A stretch of 64,000 nt of DNA, taken from the NCBI RefSeq assembly GCF_000150275.1, contig NW_002060945.1, forward strand, positions 383,872 through 447,871, read 5' to 3'. The DNA comes from Trichoplax adhaerens (lineage: Eukaryota; Animalia; Placozoa). Shown here in pieces: positions 15,050 to 28,920 of the stretch (position 1 is its first letter; each line of letters begins with the position of its first letter). Below the pieces are notes generated by a model that was not told where the DNA came from, ran no database searches, and saw only the letters and a program-made list of their open reading frames with translations. The position numbers and the translations under genes are program-made.

Positions 15050-15425
15050 AATCGATCATATCGAAATTAGAGAACAAACCAAGCATGTTGGCGTCTATAC
15101 TGATCTTACTTTGAGTACGGTAATGAAATTAAAGACTCGCAAAATTGGCGTAAAATAATTAAAAACGATCTATTATCACTTCATTACATCGAAATTACTA
15201 ATTAACGAAGCATAAACGCGCCTACGTTCATCTTACATTGAGTGGGGTAATGAAATTAAAGTTACGCAAAATTAGCGTAAGAAATTAAAAGGGATCTAGC
15301 CACATTTTATCGCATCCAAATCATGAAGAAATCAGACGTAGTCGCACTTGTGCGGATCTTACATTAATATAGGTAGTCAAAATAAAGTTGGGCAAAATCG
15401 GTATAAAAATTGAAAATAATCTACC
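15050..15425. repeat. Three-copy 126-127 bp minisatellite
   Basis: atcttac.tt....ggta...aaa.taaag...gcaaaat at 15103, 15230 and 15356. Confidence 0.85.
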
Positions 15426-16634
15426 ATAATACAAAGACTACATTTATTTCTTGCACAAAACTAAGATACGAAATATCATAAGTATAGAATCAATTTCTTT
15501 ATTGCCCAGTAACGGCCAATGGATCATTATTGCCAAGAGACTTGAATGAAATCTAAAATTGATAATCATCAAACAGCCATATCAAGATGTTGACCTACAT
15601 TTTCCTCAAAATCATTTTCTATTTGTAATACAAGTATTTTATCGAACAATATTTTATTTCTGTCTACTACAATAGTTTATCTATGTAAATAATTCATTAC
15701 ATAGATTCGGAATCGATGGTGAAATTTGCTACAATTAAGTAAATTGTCCATGAAACAAACTTCACCAACAATTTTGTATCTCAGTGATAATAATTAGTCT
15801 GGTATCGCTTATATCCTTCTCTTGACAGGTATAAAGTTTTTTAAAGTAAAATCTTGACCATAAACTTCTTGTCTTTGATATTGTATCAGAGCTTATCTCA
15901 GTGAAGCCGTCTAGCGATTAAATTACAAGATGGGTATTAGATCTACTCCATCATAGAAAAATCTTTTTAGGTGACATTATTCATTTTATTCATGTGATGG
16001 AGGGTTCGAAGAGTCAGATAATGTGGTTTTAGTTGCCATGCAGAGAATTGCACAAGGAGCTTAAGAAAAGAGGATACTTTATTGTAGATTGTAGTTACGT
16101 ACAGTGTGATAATTACGGTAGGTCAGTGTGGTAGCTGCGGTGAGTAAAGTGTGAATATTAACTGTGACTAATAATGCAACTTGACAAATCTAAGGTAGAA
16201 AACGGCTGTATTTATAGCTATGGCATTAGAACACATGCAGAGAACATGATTGTAGGATTAGATACAACATATACCATAACAGGTTATAGAATAGCAGATG
16301 ATTGTAGAAAATAGCGAGGACTATAATAACTAAATGCAGTAAGCCATATTTGAATGTAGAGCAAACAGACTGTAGATATTTCTAAATATAAGATCAATAC
16401 AACATGTCTATATTTAAGAGTAGAATATAGTTACAGTATATTCTAAATACACTACAACTCATTGATCCAATCGTCGAAGATCACTTTTGGTCTGAGCAAT
16501 CCAACAACGCTAATAATAGCCACTTTTTGACTGGAAAAATGAATAACTTTTTCATAGATTTTCAGCTTAGTCTCCTCATCATGACTGCTAAATTCAAATC
16601 AAGTACTATATTTTTTAAGCGTTATACACAGAAC

Positions 16635-16699
16635 ACGGTATAAAGTTACTGAACCTCTGACAGGTCTACACGGTACGGTATAAAGTTACTGAACCTCTG
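16635..16699. repeat. Perfect 25-bp direct repeat with a 15-bp spacer
   Basis: acggtataaagttactgaacctctg at 16635-16659 and 16675-16699. Confidence 0.95.
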
Positions 16700-19600
16700 T
16701 TAAATGAGCACATTATCGTAAACCGTCAGTAAAGCGACGGGAGTTTGCACTAGTATTATTGATTTACCTTTCTTTTGTGATTGAACGACAAAGTAAAACT
16801 TATTTTCGAACTATATAAGGACTGTATACTTAAACAACGTAAAAAGATTGCCAGCTGATAATCAGCAAAAATCTTCATAATCCGTAGCCTTGGAATTAGT
16901 TGGAAATTAATGAGCTACTAAAATTTTTTTACTTTGCAAAGAATCTTCCGAACATTATAGTTAATATCACAAAGTGATTGTGAAGGCATTCATTGTCTTA
17001 GTAACAAAGGCGATGAATTTCTTGTCTGAAACATGACAGAAATTCCCTAAAATTAAAAAGTACTTATAATGTATGTGTTATATATGATTTTATTTTGCTA
17101 TTCGTAATAAATTGTACCAAAATGGCCTACAAAAGAAAAACACTTTACACCTTTACGAGTATCGCTTTCTATCATCAAAGTCTGTATTAAATACGGTATA
17201 TCATTCTTCTAGCACATTACAGTGTATGCCGTTACTCTATGTGAGAGAATAATTTCCCATACAATTCTTGTTTAAAATTAGGTACCCAAACTTTTAATAA
17301 TCATCATCACTTTAGGCTTTTATTCATTGATCGAAAATTAGCGTTATTTAGCATAATAATAATACGTTTATAATTACAGTCAACGTCTTTAAATGATAAA
17401 AATCGCTCATCAATTGCGCTCATTTATAACGTATAGTCTTCATTGATCTGATAATGAAAGTTAGCCTTCATTTTAAAAATCGATACTCTATATTTCAATC
17501 GTGGACTATTTGGAACTTTTAGTCCCTATATCGAAATTCGACTATCCTCACACGATTACCATTATCAACAGCGGTACGATATCCACTTTTATTATATTCC
17601 CTAAGCAGAAGCCCGGTTTTAATAATAATTTTACAACGTTTAGAAAGGATATCAATTTTTTATTTGTATTGTAAGAATTTCGATAGCATGTTTACATGCT
17701 TTGGGGTCCCACCTTTAAAATGAAGCAAAAACCAGGCCACGCCATCCTCCATTGACAGCCTTGAATTTTTGTTCTGCAATCTGCAGTATTAACGTGGTAA
17801 AAGTAAAAATAGATCGATTAGATATTAGATATCTCAATTATTCGATGTAAATAAATTATCACAATCGCAATTCGGAATTGTTATCGCTCCTGGATAATTA
17901 ATGTTAACCCATAGTTTTTGATTTAAACAGTAGTGCGGTAATGAAGGGTACGATGAATGCTATAGCAACTTAATGACGTCACCTATTATTAGCCAACAGT
18001 ATCATTAGACTGTATTTTATGCAGATAATTTATAATTTTGCAATGTTACTTTTAGGTATCGATAAATACATACCTTAATTTCTGTACTAGACCACATGAT
18101 AACAACTATTTAAACAAGTAACGTTATACGACTATGATACTTACCTTCGCACTGATACGAAAATAGCAAGCTGCAAAAGAATTTCTGCTAATAGCCCATG
18201 AAATCGTACGGTAGTACTTTAAATTTCTACACCAGTTTTGTAGAATAGCTAGTATTTATTGATTCAACACGATAGTCGATTTATCGCTAAAATCTATCTG
18301 TATCTCTTTTCATTTTACGCCTAACAATAGAAAAATATTTATTTGTGTTTGCAGGATGTAATATGAGCGCGTTCTAAAGATATACGGAACCTCATAGATA
18401 ACCAAAGAAACGTCCTATAAATAGATATGTCTATATTATAAGAACGTCCTAGAGTTGTGTTGAATTTAGGACTAATAACATATGAGATAAACAGTACAAT
18501 ACTCGCACATATGTACAGAAGTACATAGATAAGATATTGAGATTCGAAGCCGAAATCACATTCAGAATTAAATTTTCCATCTTAGCGCATTATTTTTGCC
18601 GATATTTACTTGATAGATTATCAAATACTTTTGCAAATTTTCTTAATTGTATTGCAAGCATTAAGCCAATATTATTGTTAAGTTGCTAGGTGTAATCATG
18701 TGAGTTTATGTAATTATGAGTTGATTATAAAGTTTTTTTATGTCTAGCTTTGCTTCGACGCACCTCTTAACTGCTCAAATACATCATTATCATAGCATGA
18801 TTAAAAATTATTTTAAAAAATAGATTTGCATTTTAATGTAATGTTTACTTATGATTTCATAACTAGTAATTCGGCTGGATCAATTGGCTTATAGCATGAT
18901 CTAATGACCGAATACTTGTTTATAATAGGCATTAATGATCGTATAAATGATTTATAGCGTTATCATTTGATCAGTGATCATTGTTACGGCGTTATGATTA
19001 GCCTAAAGGTTGATATTGTAAACTGTAATTCTTCACAGTAGGCTTTCAATAGTCTTGTCTTACAGAATGGCTAAATATGTGGTCGCAGATATGAGCCTGA
19101 TAGACTAATCTTTCCTACTCCTAAAGTCTTATTCGATGTTTCAATAAAATTAGGACGTGTCTGCCATTCATTGCCAGGTTACTATGGATATTAAAGAGAA
19201 CTAGTGATCTAAATATTATATCTTAAGGACATAAATTTTGTTTAAATTATATTTCTAAAGTAATGCAAATCCTAAAAAATTTCACTAAAATGGACAATAA
19301 TATCTTATCGGAAACTGCGTAAAGTAGCTTGGCACATTACCCATATAAACAGAAATAAATGCGAGTACTGTACCAGAAAGACACATGGTAGGTGTGGTAA
19401 ATCAATAAATTATGTAACGAGCGAGCATAGGAGGACAAGATTTTAAGTACATCGTCAGGATCCGGACAAATAACTGATAATTACTTACATTTAGATTTAC
19501 ATATTATCAATAGATATATTGTGCCTAGTTTCAGGACTTTTGCCGACTATGATGATAATCCGTCACCAATATTTACCTTACAGTTAGTTGAATTGGGCAC

Positions 19601-22174
19601 TTTAATTGAGCAATTTGGTTACTGATTGCTTCCTATTCCTGAACTTCCATGCTTTTACTATCACCCCTTTTGGAAGTTAAATATGTATCTAGCTATAAGA
19701 TCGCAATGAGTAATATTAATGTAGTGTGCTATTCAATTTTTTTTGAGCGCTACGTAAAAATTTAATACAACTTGCAATTATAGTATAAAAATCGCTCAAA
19801 TTTTCTACTTTATCGAGTAGCATACACTAAATCATATTAATCCTTTCTGAATAAAAAAGCTCGCTGTAATCTCAATTCCATCACAGCTTGACCACTAAAT
19901 ATTTTAGACACTGTTTATTAATATGTTTAGAAGACACCTACATTGCATGTCTAGAAAAATTATAGTTATGCGTTACATTACAAAAAGAGATAATTGCATA
20001 ATTCAAATTACAAAAATGAGACATGAAATATATCAGTACATCATTATTGCAGTTATAGTGCTATTACATAACCAAGTACTGTACTACAGAACATGGATGA
20101 ACTTGGTAATGTTTACCGTGAAATTAGATGCTATTAAGTTTAGTGAAATTTTTAATAATAAATAATGAATAATAAACTGCATTATGACTGATATACCTGT
20201 TATAGCTAAGAAGTCAGTAGGATTCTAGAAGGTTAATGTAAATTATTAAATACTATAGATTTTAGGATCTCATTTCTTGCAAGACTACTCCAAAAAAAGA
20301 ATATGAATAGTGTAAAGCGTCTAAGCTAGTAATCCCGAAGAGATAGCTCCTTCGTACTTTTGTGTTCGTTTTGAGAATGTTGTTATTATTATTCTTATAT
20401 AAATAGCTAAACGGCTGGAAATAAGATACGATAATTCTGTTTTTAGAAAGTTAGTTTCTCATAATAACATCATGGTATGGTTTTTCGATGCAGATGCTAT
20501 TACTAATTTCTATTTTTGATGCATCGCAAGATCGCTACAATGCAAGGTTAGGTCGGAGAATAAAAATAGCCATTAACAGTCAGCGATCGGTAATTCGTTT
20601 AGCACCATTATCGTACACACTTTACTACAACATGACAGATAAGCAATAGTTCGAAATATCAAATACCGTAGGTTGTAGTTATATTGTAAACTCGCCAATA
20701 GCTTTTTACAACACCCAATTAATTTTTCAAATAGGTGTTAACAACCGTAATCTATGCATCAATAAAGACTTTCGCAATACTTCTGCCTAGCAAAGCAGTC
20801 AAGATTGATAATTTCTATTGCATATCGATATAGCGATCACATTTGTAGGTGACAAGAGTACTAATGCATGAAGATTGATGCGAATTTTAATCTGTTTGCT
20901 AGATAATCGTATAAGATTATTCTCAAATTCTAGTTTATAAAACGAAAATCAAAGGTTAAAAATAATTGAAAATTTCTTTTAGTCAATGGTCTGATATGAT
21001 ATTATAATTCTCGATACTACTTATTGCTCTATTCCCTCTTTTCAAATCATTAAGATCATTTTCTTAAAAAAATTACGGAGGATATCAGTAGCAATATAGT
21101 TTAAAAGTAATAATGAGCAAAATAGTCTGGAGAACTGCTGGTTGTAGAACTTGTGACTTTTTTCTTAAGGTAGTCAAACGATTTAAGTTCATAACAAATC
21201 ATTAATACTATTTTATGCTCTATCCTTACCCATATTATAAAATTCATGTATAATTAAAACTTCTTAATGGCAATCTATCTTAATTTGTTAATAAATGATC
21301 ACGTTAGTTATTATAATCGCTTGAACAGATGTTTCACTTTTAGCATTCTCGGTGCATCATAATTCTGTCATTTCTTATTACTTTCTCACAATGACATTTA
21401 AAGATATTAAAGATATTAATAAATTTCAATATTTAACTTAGTTCTCCAAAAGTATTTACAATAAATTTCAGCTCAATCTAGGTACAAATAACGTTAATGA
21501 TACTATTAATTCTCTTTAATGAAGAGAACAAAAATAGTGCATTTTTCTCTCTTTATGTAAAAGGTCATTATTTGTATCCTTAAGATCAATACATTGATGA
21601 AACAGCTTTATACAATATTCTTTCTACTTCTTTTATTTACCTTAAATTGCAAGGCTAAAGAGTCATTAATGATTGTAACGAATGAAAAAGAAGGCAATAT
21701 ACACGTGATAAAAAGACAGACAGATTAGTTAATGGCTTGGAAGATCAAAATTTGCTGATGGATAAAGCATTATTCCAAAGCACTGGATCGTGGTATTAGC
21801 CGCAATTGACGGACTATAATATATTAAAGTTGTTACATCCATTTTATTTGTAACAATTTGCACCTAATGATCACTTTTTTTATTAACAGTAGGTCAAAAT
21901 ACTGAAGCATTGTACATTACATTCATTTTTAAGATTACTTTAATTACGGGTAACTTGACCCTGATCGATAGAAGAAATCTTAAAATTTAAATATAGACCA
22001 TTAGATTAACCTTTCTGCCCTTTTAAAAGAACTTTAAATTTAATAGGCACTGTTGCAAGTTTTCTGAAGGCAAAAAAACTGATGATTGAAAAGTCTTGAA
22101 TTCTCGCTAGTGGTCGACCTGTATATTTGGACGTTACAATCGAATTCAATCTAGCGGAAAGGCAACAACTCATC

Positions 22175-23269
22175 ATGGAATACTTATATGATCGAACTGC
22201 TAATAGAAGTAATTTATCTTCTGAGGCACCGCAAATTTTATTAAGAAATGGCCTAACTATACGGCAAATTTTACATATTATCTATGGTATCTTAGCTTTT
22301 GTCTCGATCCTCGGTAATAGCCTCGTCTTTGCAATTATTACTACTCATCGACGTGGAAAAATGCTACAATCTAGCAATAATTTACTTATCGCCAGTATGG
22401 CCATGATGGATATGATGACTGGTATAACGATATATGCTACGCCGACATTTGTTTTTCCGGCTGAAACTTATCCATATCCGAAAAATCCATCAGCCTGTGA
22501 AGCATTTTGTCGTATTATCGCTTCAGAATATTTACTATTCTATTTTGGATTTGGTTCAGTTATAACTGTTACCGCTATTGCAGTAGAGAGATGGATAGCG
22601 ATAGCTAAGCCATTAAGTTATAGAAAAATTATGACAACCAAGCGCGTTAAAATTTTCATCAGTATTTTATGGGTATTTTGCCTATTTATATCGGTTGATG
22701 TTATGATACAAATTAAATATGAGTCAAATAATACAATACCATGTCAAAGATATGATTTTGCCACCCGTCAGCCCGGAACAACAATTTTCCTCTTATTAGA
22801 AGTAGTACGCTTATTCTTCCCCGTTCTTTTAACTTTGGTCTGCTATGCTGATATCGCTAGAAGGATATTATGCCCTAGTAAAGTTAATACTCTAAACCTA
22901 ACTTCTAATCGTGTAATAGGTATTCGATATAAATCGAAACGAAAAGTAACCATTATGTCCGCTACTACTGCATTAGCTTTCATTTCATGTTGGTTACCGA
23001 ATGAAATTTATTTTAGTCTTACAGCATTAAATCAAACTATTTATGATCAAACTACAATTCGTATAACTAAGTCATTAATAATATTAAGTTCATGTCTAAG
23101 TCCATTTATATATTCTGCAACGAATGAAGAATATAGAAAGGGTCTACGCTCATTATTATCGCCTCTTTGGAATTCAATATCGACAATTTGCAGATTCAGG
23201 TATCAGAATCCGTTTCCCGGTAGCAAAAGTAAGAGTATGGTTATCAGTACCTCTGCGGTAGCGCTTTAG
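22175..23269 (+). CDS. Intronless class A GPCR, 364 aa; paralog 2
   Basis: Same motifs (GNSLV, SMAMMD, AIAVERW, CWLPNE, SSCLSPFIY). The ORF track starts at TTG 22127; the first in-frame ATG is 22175 (catcATGgaa), matching the caccATGgaa start of paralog 3. Confidence 0.95.
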   Translation: MEYLYDRTANRSNLSSEAPQILLRNGLTIRQILHIIYGILAFVSILGNSLVFAIITTHRRGKMLQSSNNLLIASMAMMDMMTGITIYATPTFVFPAETYPYPKNPSACEAFCRIIASEYLLFYFGFGSVITVTAIAVERWIAIAKPLSYRKIMTTKRVKIFISILWVFCLFISVDVMIQIKYESNNTIPCQRYDFATRQPGTTIFLLLEVVRLFFPVLLTLVCYADIARRILCPSKVNTLNLTSNRVIGIRYKSKRKVTIMSATTALAFISCWLPNEIYFSLTALNQTIYDQTTIRITKSLIILSSCLSPFIYSATNEEYRKGLRSLLSPLWNSISTICRFRYQNPFPGSKSKSMVISTSAVAL

Positions 23270-26200
23270 AATATGGTACTAACTAACTTTAATCCTTTTT
23301 AAAATTTGGTTTCACTCGTCCAATTTATCGTGGCTTAGCAATTCTTACTATATTAGCTCTTAATTTTTATATCGAAAACTTTTATTGCAAATCGACTTGA
23401 TAGTCCACATAGATTTCTTTTCGCTTATTAGCTACTTCGCTTAGATAAATATAATATGATATACATGAGCTCGCTTACCTAAAAAAGGAACATGTTGGAA
23501 CATTGCTTTAATATGAACATCCCGAAGTTGCTACATCTCTCTTTATAGTTAAGCTTCTGTTTATTAACTTTACCAAATATATTATCAAAATAAAAATCAC
23601 TATATCCATTCAAGTGGGGTAATCATGGAGAATGATATGTGTATTATGCAATTGTCTTCAGTTCGATGATTTTATTATTCTAAGATACTTTAATTGAAAA
23701 AGTTTCATGCTAACCTTATATTATTTACTATCATCGTACTTTACGTAGCAGCACATTAAATCTATCATTTTATCTGAGTGGTAATGATAATTATTTACAG
23801 TTTTAGCGCGATAACATTTTATTTATCGGCCATACGATTACTTATATAGAAACAAACTCTGTTTTCTATAAAAAATTGATTTCTTACCAATAGTATTTTT
23901 TCGCGAAGTTACAAATTAAAACTGAATTACCGTAGTATGATATTTAAAGCGGCATATCGATGCTTATTCGTACGTTTAATGCCGAATAAACTTTATCATA
24001 CGTAACTCTACCATTACAACTGCACTACCGTTGTACATACCTACTCGTAAACAGCAATTCATCACTCAGATAGTCAAAATATTAGTAGTGACATTTTAAA
24101 AACTTCTCTTTATCAACTAGAATATGATACTTTTACTATAATATCGATAGCGTAGATCACATTGAAAATTCAGTGGCGTAGCCGATGCACAATAGTATAG
24201 AAATTTGTGATTGTAGACGATTCCGGTTAGCTTGCTTTAATATGAATTCACCGCATGAAAAATGTTCTGTCGGTGTACTATAATGATACACGGCAGCTAT
24301 GAAAAACTACATTAACTCAAAGGCGGTAAATAATTTTTCATGATTTCTATTTAAGAATTAATTACATGTTAAATTGTCAAAAGTAGAACAATTAACGTAT
24401 GAGTAATGTGGAATTCTTTCCGTATCTATCCCACCACGAATATAATATTTATGTATTTGTATTGTATCGTTATAAATAGATATATAGGTTACGATATATG
24501 TTAATATATTTATATAAAATATGTGTAAAGCTAGGCGTAAGCTAATGTCCTATCTGTAGTTCTTATGTTGCTAAGTCTTTATTTACGTAATTATAAATTT
24601 ACCATCAACACAATTGTATCTGTACACGTAGTGTATCTACAGCAGAACTTAGCTAAGTAGCCAATTAAAATTTGAGATATATAGATATCTATACGTACTC
24701 TGATAATGCATATTGCCCATTTTCTAACTAATGTTAATAAATCAACAACAATAAACTCACAAATCCTCAGTTCCAGACAATTTATGATATCACAACAAGT
24801 GACTTATAGTTAATAAAATATGTTTACATTTTTACCATCTGAATTCTCAGATTTCGCATTATACAGAAAATTTCTACAGTTCGTAATCAAGTGTAAAAGA
24901 AAACAAGTTGGGATATCAATCCAATCTATATATGGCAAGTTAATGAAGTTCGATTGGTTTATAAAGTATCATTTGTAGGTAGGTACTATGTAATAATATA
25001 ATACCGTATATCTATGTTACCTGACTTTTAACATGATCATAAAAAAATTTGTAATGTTTTCAATTAGAATTGACAGCAATAAGTCGTTTAACATACTAAG
25101 ATTATAATCTATTTACCGTTCCTTAATCAATCACTAATATAACTAGGCCTTGGCAATGCGAATGAAACAAGCTGAACTATTTGTCTTAAGATACCCGTTT
25201 TTGAAATTTTCATAATTTTTTAATACTTAAAATGCGCATACTGAATAACTACAGTTCTGTGTATAGGAATGACCGTAACATATTGCTATTTAATGCAGAT
25301 CTTTATTAAAAATTTGCAAACACCACCCTCACAATAAAAGATTGCTCATGCTGAAAGCTTCGATTAAGTTGTATTACAACTTGCAATCATACCTTACTAG
25401 GCACTGTAGCAGATACGAATCAGAGTAATACCCAATTTTGCCCTTATTGGTGTAAGTGGCTAACGTTAGTGGTTATTTCTTAGATGAAAATAGATAATGA
25501 AATACGCCAATTTTTTCATGGGGTACTTTACAGTTTGTGGTATGCTAGACTATGTCAATGATTGTTATTTAAGTACATTCTTTATTAATATTTTTTTATC
25601 AACTGATCAAATTTGTTATATTTCGATTGATTAATTATCTAGCATGCTATAATATTAAAACGTTCGATACAGATTTTGAATTTCTACTTTAAGAGAGATA
25701 AATTTTACTTCAGTGATACTAATTATTATCTTCATAGTTAGTTCGAAATGCAATTTTTAAATCAATTATTATTAAAATCTATCATTTATTATCAAAACAA
25801 AATAACAAAGTACTGTGTAATTTGACTTATTTGAATAACAATTTCACTACTTTATCTTTAATAATTTGCCAAGAAATATCAGATTGAATATTGCGTTATG
25901 GTCAATCCCCGAAATTGGCCGACGCTTAATTTGTTTAATATTTTGAAAGCAGCATATGTTCTATGCCATTACATTTAACGGCAGGAGGTGAACCGACTAA
26001 TATAAGTTTAACTCGTACAAGTAGCTATTCCGAAATCATATTAAAAATATTCCTATAATATCTAGCATAATTGCACGTTAACATCAAAACTGTATGGACT
26101 TTGACTGACAAAGGTATTACTCGAATAACAAAAATTTTCAGAACAGGTGCTATACCGTAAATCTCATAACTTCTACTTGGAAGAGAGTTGTCGATTTTGT

Positions 26201-27828
26201 TGAGGGTCATAGTGATTTTAGAAATGAAAGGAATATTATTAGAATAATCAATTTCACGATATATGATGCTATAAATAGATGCTGTGAATTCGTAAGATTA
26301 AAACGTTTGATCAGGCATTGGCTAACGTCGTGTTGGTCCACCATATATTGTATTAGAACTGGTAGCACAAATGTTACTTTCTTATTATTGCAATATAATA
26401 TATTTTGTCGTAGTCTTTCATCATTCATTACTTGATTAATTACTACTTCCTACTAATAAATTTCGCTATTTAAATTGTTCTTAAAAAATAACGGACGGTT
26501 CTTGAATAGAATCCAACTGTGAACTTATCACTTCATCTCAAAAGCCATTGTTGACCTAGATAAAATATTACGATTGCCATTAGTTTATGAATACTACACC
26601 AGTGACCTAAGTATTTCGATCGTTATAGTCAAGTTAAAGCTCTTACTTCGTTTCCATGATATAAAAATTTATAGGTGTTCAGCTAAAAATTATTGTCGTT
26701 ATCTCCGTTAAAATAATGCACTGTAGATCCTATCTCCACATGGCCTAATTAAATGTATAGATACATCCAAAGGCTAAAATAGTTTACCAAATTATGTACA
26801 GGCACTAATCAAAACGGCTTAGTGCATAAACTATCATTAGGGCGTTACGCTACTTATAAATTAGAAACGATATAGAAATTACTGAAGATAAAATCATAAT
26901 ATCGCTATAAGTAATACGGTACTGAGTTCATAATGGACTTTTAACTAGTACGAAGATTCTTAAATTAAAGAAGATAATGATTGTGCTGGTGCGGTATACA
27001 ACGTTAAGTATGCTTTCATCAAATTATTTGCATATCTAATATCCGTATACGATAGATATATATACACAGCCTAATCCTATATACTTTTATGATCTGAATA
27101 ATTTTATTTACAGTTATAAATCTTTCACATAAATATACAGCGTCTGGCAAACACTGTTACTATTGTCAAGATGACATTACGACTGAAAATTCCATAAAGA
27201 ATACTAAATATGCATTATGAACATCATATTTTCCGCAGTGAGTTTATTATTGTTAATAATGTTCTTCCGATTAGTTTGATTTGGACTTTGATATCGCATA
27301 ATCCCAATTTACCATCAATGGTAGTGATGATTGCAATAATTGCACACGTGACGATTAGATGGAAAGAGCAATTAAATAGTAAAGTTCAATATTTGCAAAG
27401 TAGATCAGAAATTCCCATTATTTATTTTAAGTAATCTACGATATAGCTGCACTCATTAAATATGGACTTAAATTATTATTGCATTTTCATTTTGAAGTAA
27501 TATCAATCATAGTCAGTCAGCTTTTATTTTATGTATCATACGCTAGAGGATTAAGATTTCTAACATTATCATCTTAGTTTATATTATTTAACTAAAGTAT
27601 TAAAAATCTAACTAAAAACTGTAATATAGAAGCCTTTTTGTGTCTTATACAGCTTAACCTTAACCGAACCATTTGAAGTAAACATCTCTAGTCATCTCCC
27701 TGATACGATCTTGAAAGACATAAGGGAAAAAGCTATAACTGATTTTAAAACTACTGTTCTACGATATACGTAAGCTGGATGACTCTACCAAATTAAATTT
27801 CATCGTAAAGAAAAGAAAACAATTCACC

Positions 27829-28920
27829 ATGGAATTTTTACATAATATGACAAGTAATGAAAATAATTTATCTTCCACCACAGTACCCATTCCATCCCCA
27901 AACGGGCTAACTGTGCAACAAATTCTGCATGTTATCTATGGTATCCTAGCTTTTATTGCTATATTCGGCAATGGCCTTGTCTTTACAATTATTGCTACTT
28001 ATCGACGTGGAAGGATGATACGATCAGGCACCAATTTACTTATCGCCAGTATGGCTATAATGGATATGATGACTGGTATTACGATATATGCTATGCCGAC
28101 ATTTGTTGTCCCAGCAAAGAGTTATCCGTATCCAAAAGATGCTTTAAGTTGCAATATATTTTGTCACATTGTTGCTTCAGAATATTTGCTATTCTATTTT
28201 GGATTTGGTTCTGTTTTAACTGTGACTGCTATCGCAGTAGAGAGATGGATAGCAATATCTAGGCCATTTAGTTACAGAAAAATTGTGACAACTAAAAGGG
28301 TTAAAATTTATATTGTTATTTTATGGATACTTTGCTTGTTCCTATCAATTGATGTTATGCTACAAAATGAATATGTAGCGAACAGTACAATACCGTGTCA
28401 ATTCAACTCATTTGCTAGGCACCAACCTGGAAAAAGTATATTCTTGGCATTAGAGATAATACGCTTATTTTTCCCCGTTCTCTTAACCTTGATCTGTTAT
28501 GCAGATATTGCTAGAAGAACACTATTTTCTAGTAAGGTTGATACCTTAGACCAAAATTCTAATCGTAAAATGAGTATTCGACGTAAATCAAAACGAAAAG
28601 TAACTATTATGTCAGCTATAGCCGCTCTGGCTTTTATTTCATGTTGGTTACCTAATGAGATTTATTTTACTCTCACGGCTTTCAATCAAACTGCCTATGA
28701 TCTTACAACAACTCGCATAACCAAATCATTAATAATATTAAGTTCATGTCTAAGTCCATTTATATATTCTGCTACAAATGAAGAATACAGAAAAGGATTA
28801 AATTCATTACTGAGACCGATCCACCTTATTGATACAGCTGGATGTCAATGTACTATTCAATACTCAGTTCAAATCAGTAGAACTGAAAGTAGCATCAATA
28901 ATATTGCAGTATTAAACTAA
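27829..28920 (+). CDS. Intronless class A GPCR, 363 aa; paralog 3, closest to paralog 2
   Basis: Collinear with paralog 2 through all TMs (ASEYLLFYFGFGSV, ERWIAI, RLFFPVLLTL, CWLPNEIYF, RITKSLIILSSCLSPFIYSATNEEYRKGL); good Kozak context caccATGg. Confidence 0.95.
   Translation: MEFLHNMTSNENNLSSTTVPIPSPNGLTVQQILHVIYGILAFIAIFGNGLVFTIIATYRRGRMIRSGTNLLIASMAIMDMMTGITIYAMPTFVVPAKSYPYPKDALSCNIFCHIVASEYLLFYFGFGSVLTVTAIAVERWIAISRPFSYRKIVTTKRVKIYIVILWILCLFLSIDVMLQNEYVANSTIPCQFNSFARHQPGKSIFLALEIIRLFFPVLLTLICYADIARRTLFSSKVDTLDQNSNRKMSIRRKSKRKVTIMSAIAALAFISCWLPNEIYFTLTAFNQTAYDLTTTRITKSLIILSSCLSPFIYSATNEEYRKGLNSLLRPIHLIDTAGCQCTIQYSVQISRTESSINNIAVLN

Noticed and set aside
15050-16699. CRISPR-like repeat-spacer arrays
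   Set aside because: Only 2-3 diverged copies with homologous spacers, no cas genes, eukaryotic context.
22127-22174. TTG-started N-terminal extension of GPCR paralog 2
   Set aside because: Eukaryotic gene; ATG 22175 has good context and matches paralog 3.
7363-28920. Opsin identity (ERW motif, TM7 lysine)
   Set aside because: The lysine is at 7.39, not the Schiff-base position 7.43, which is Val/Ile here.
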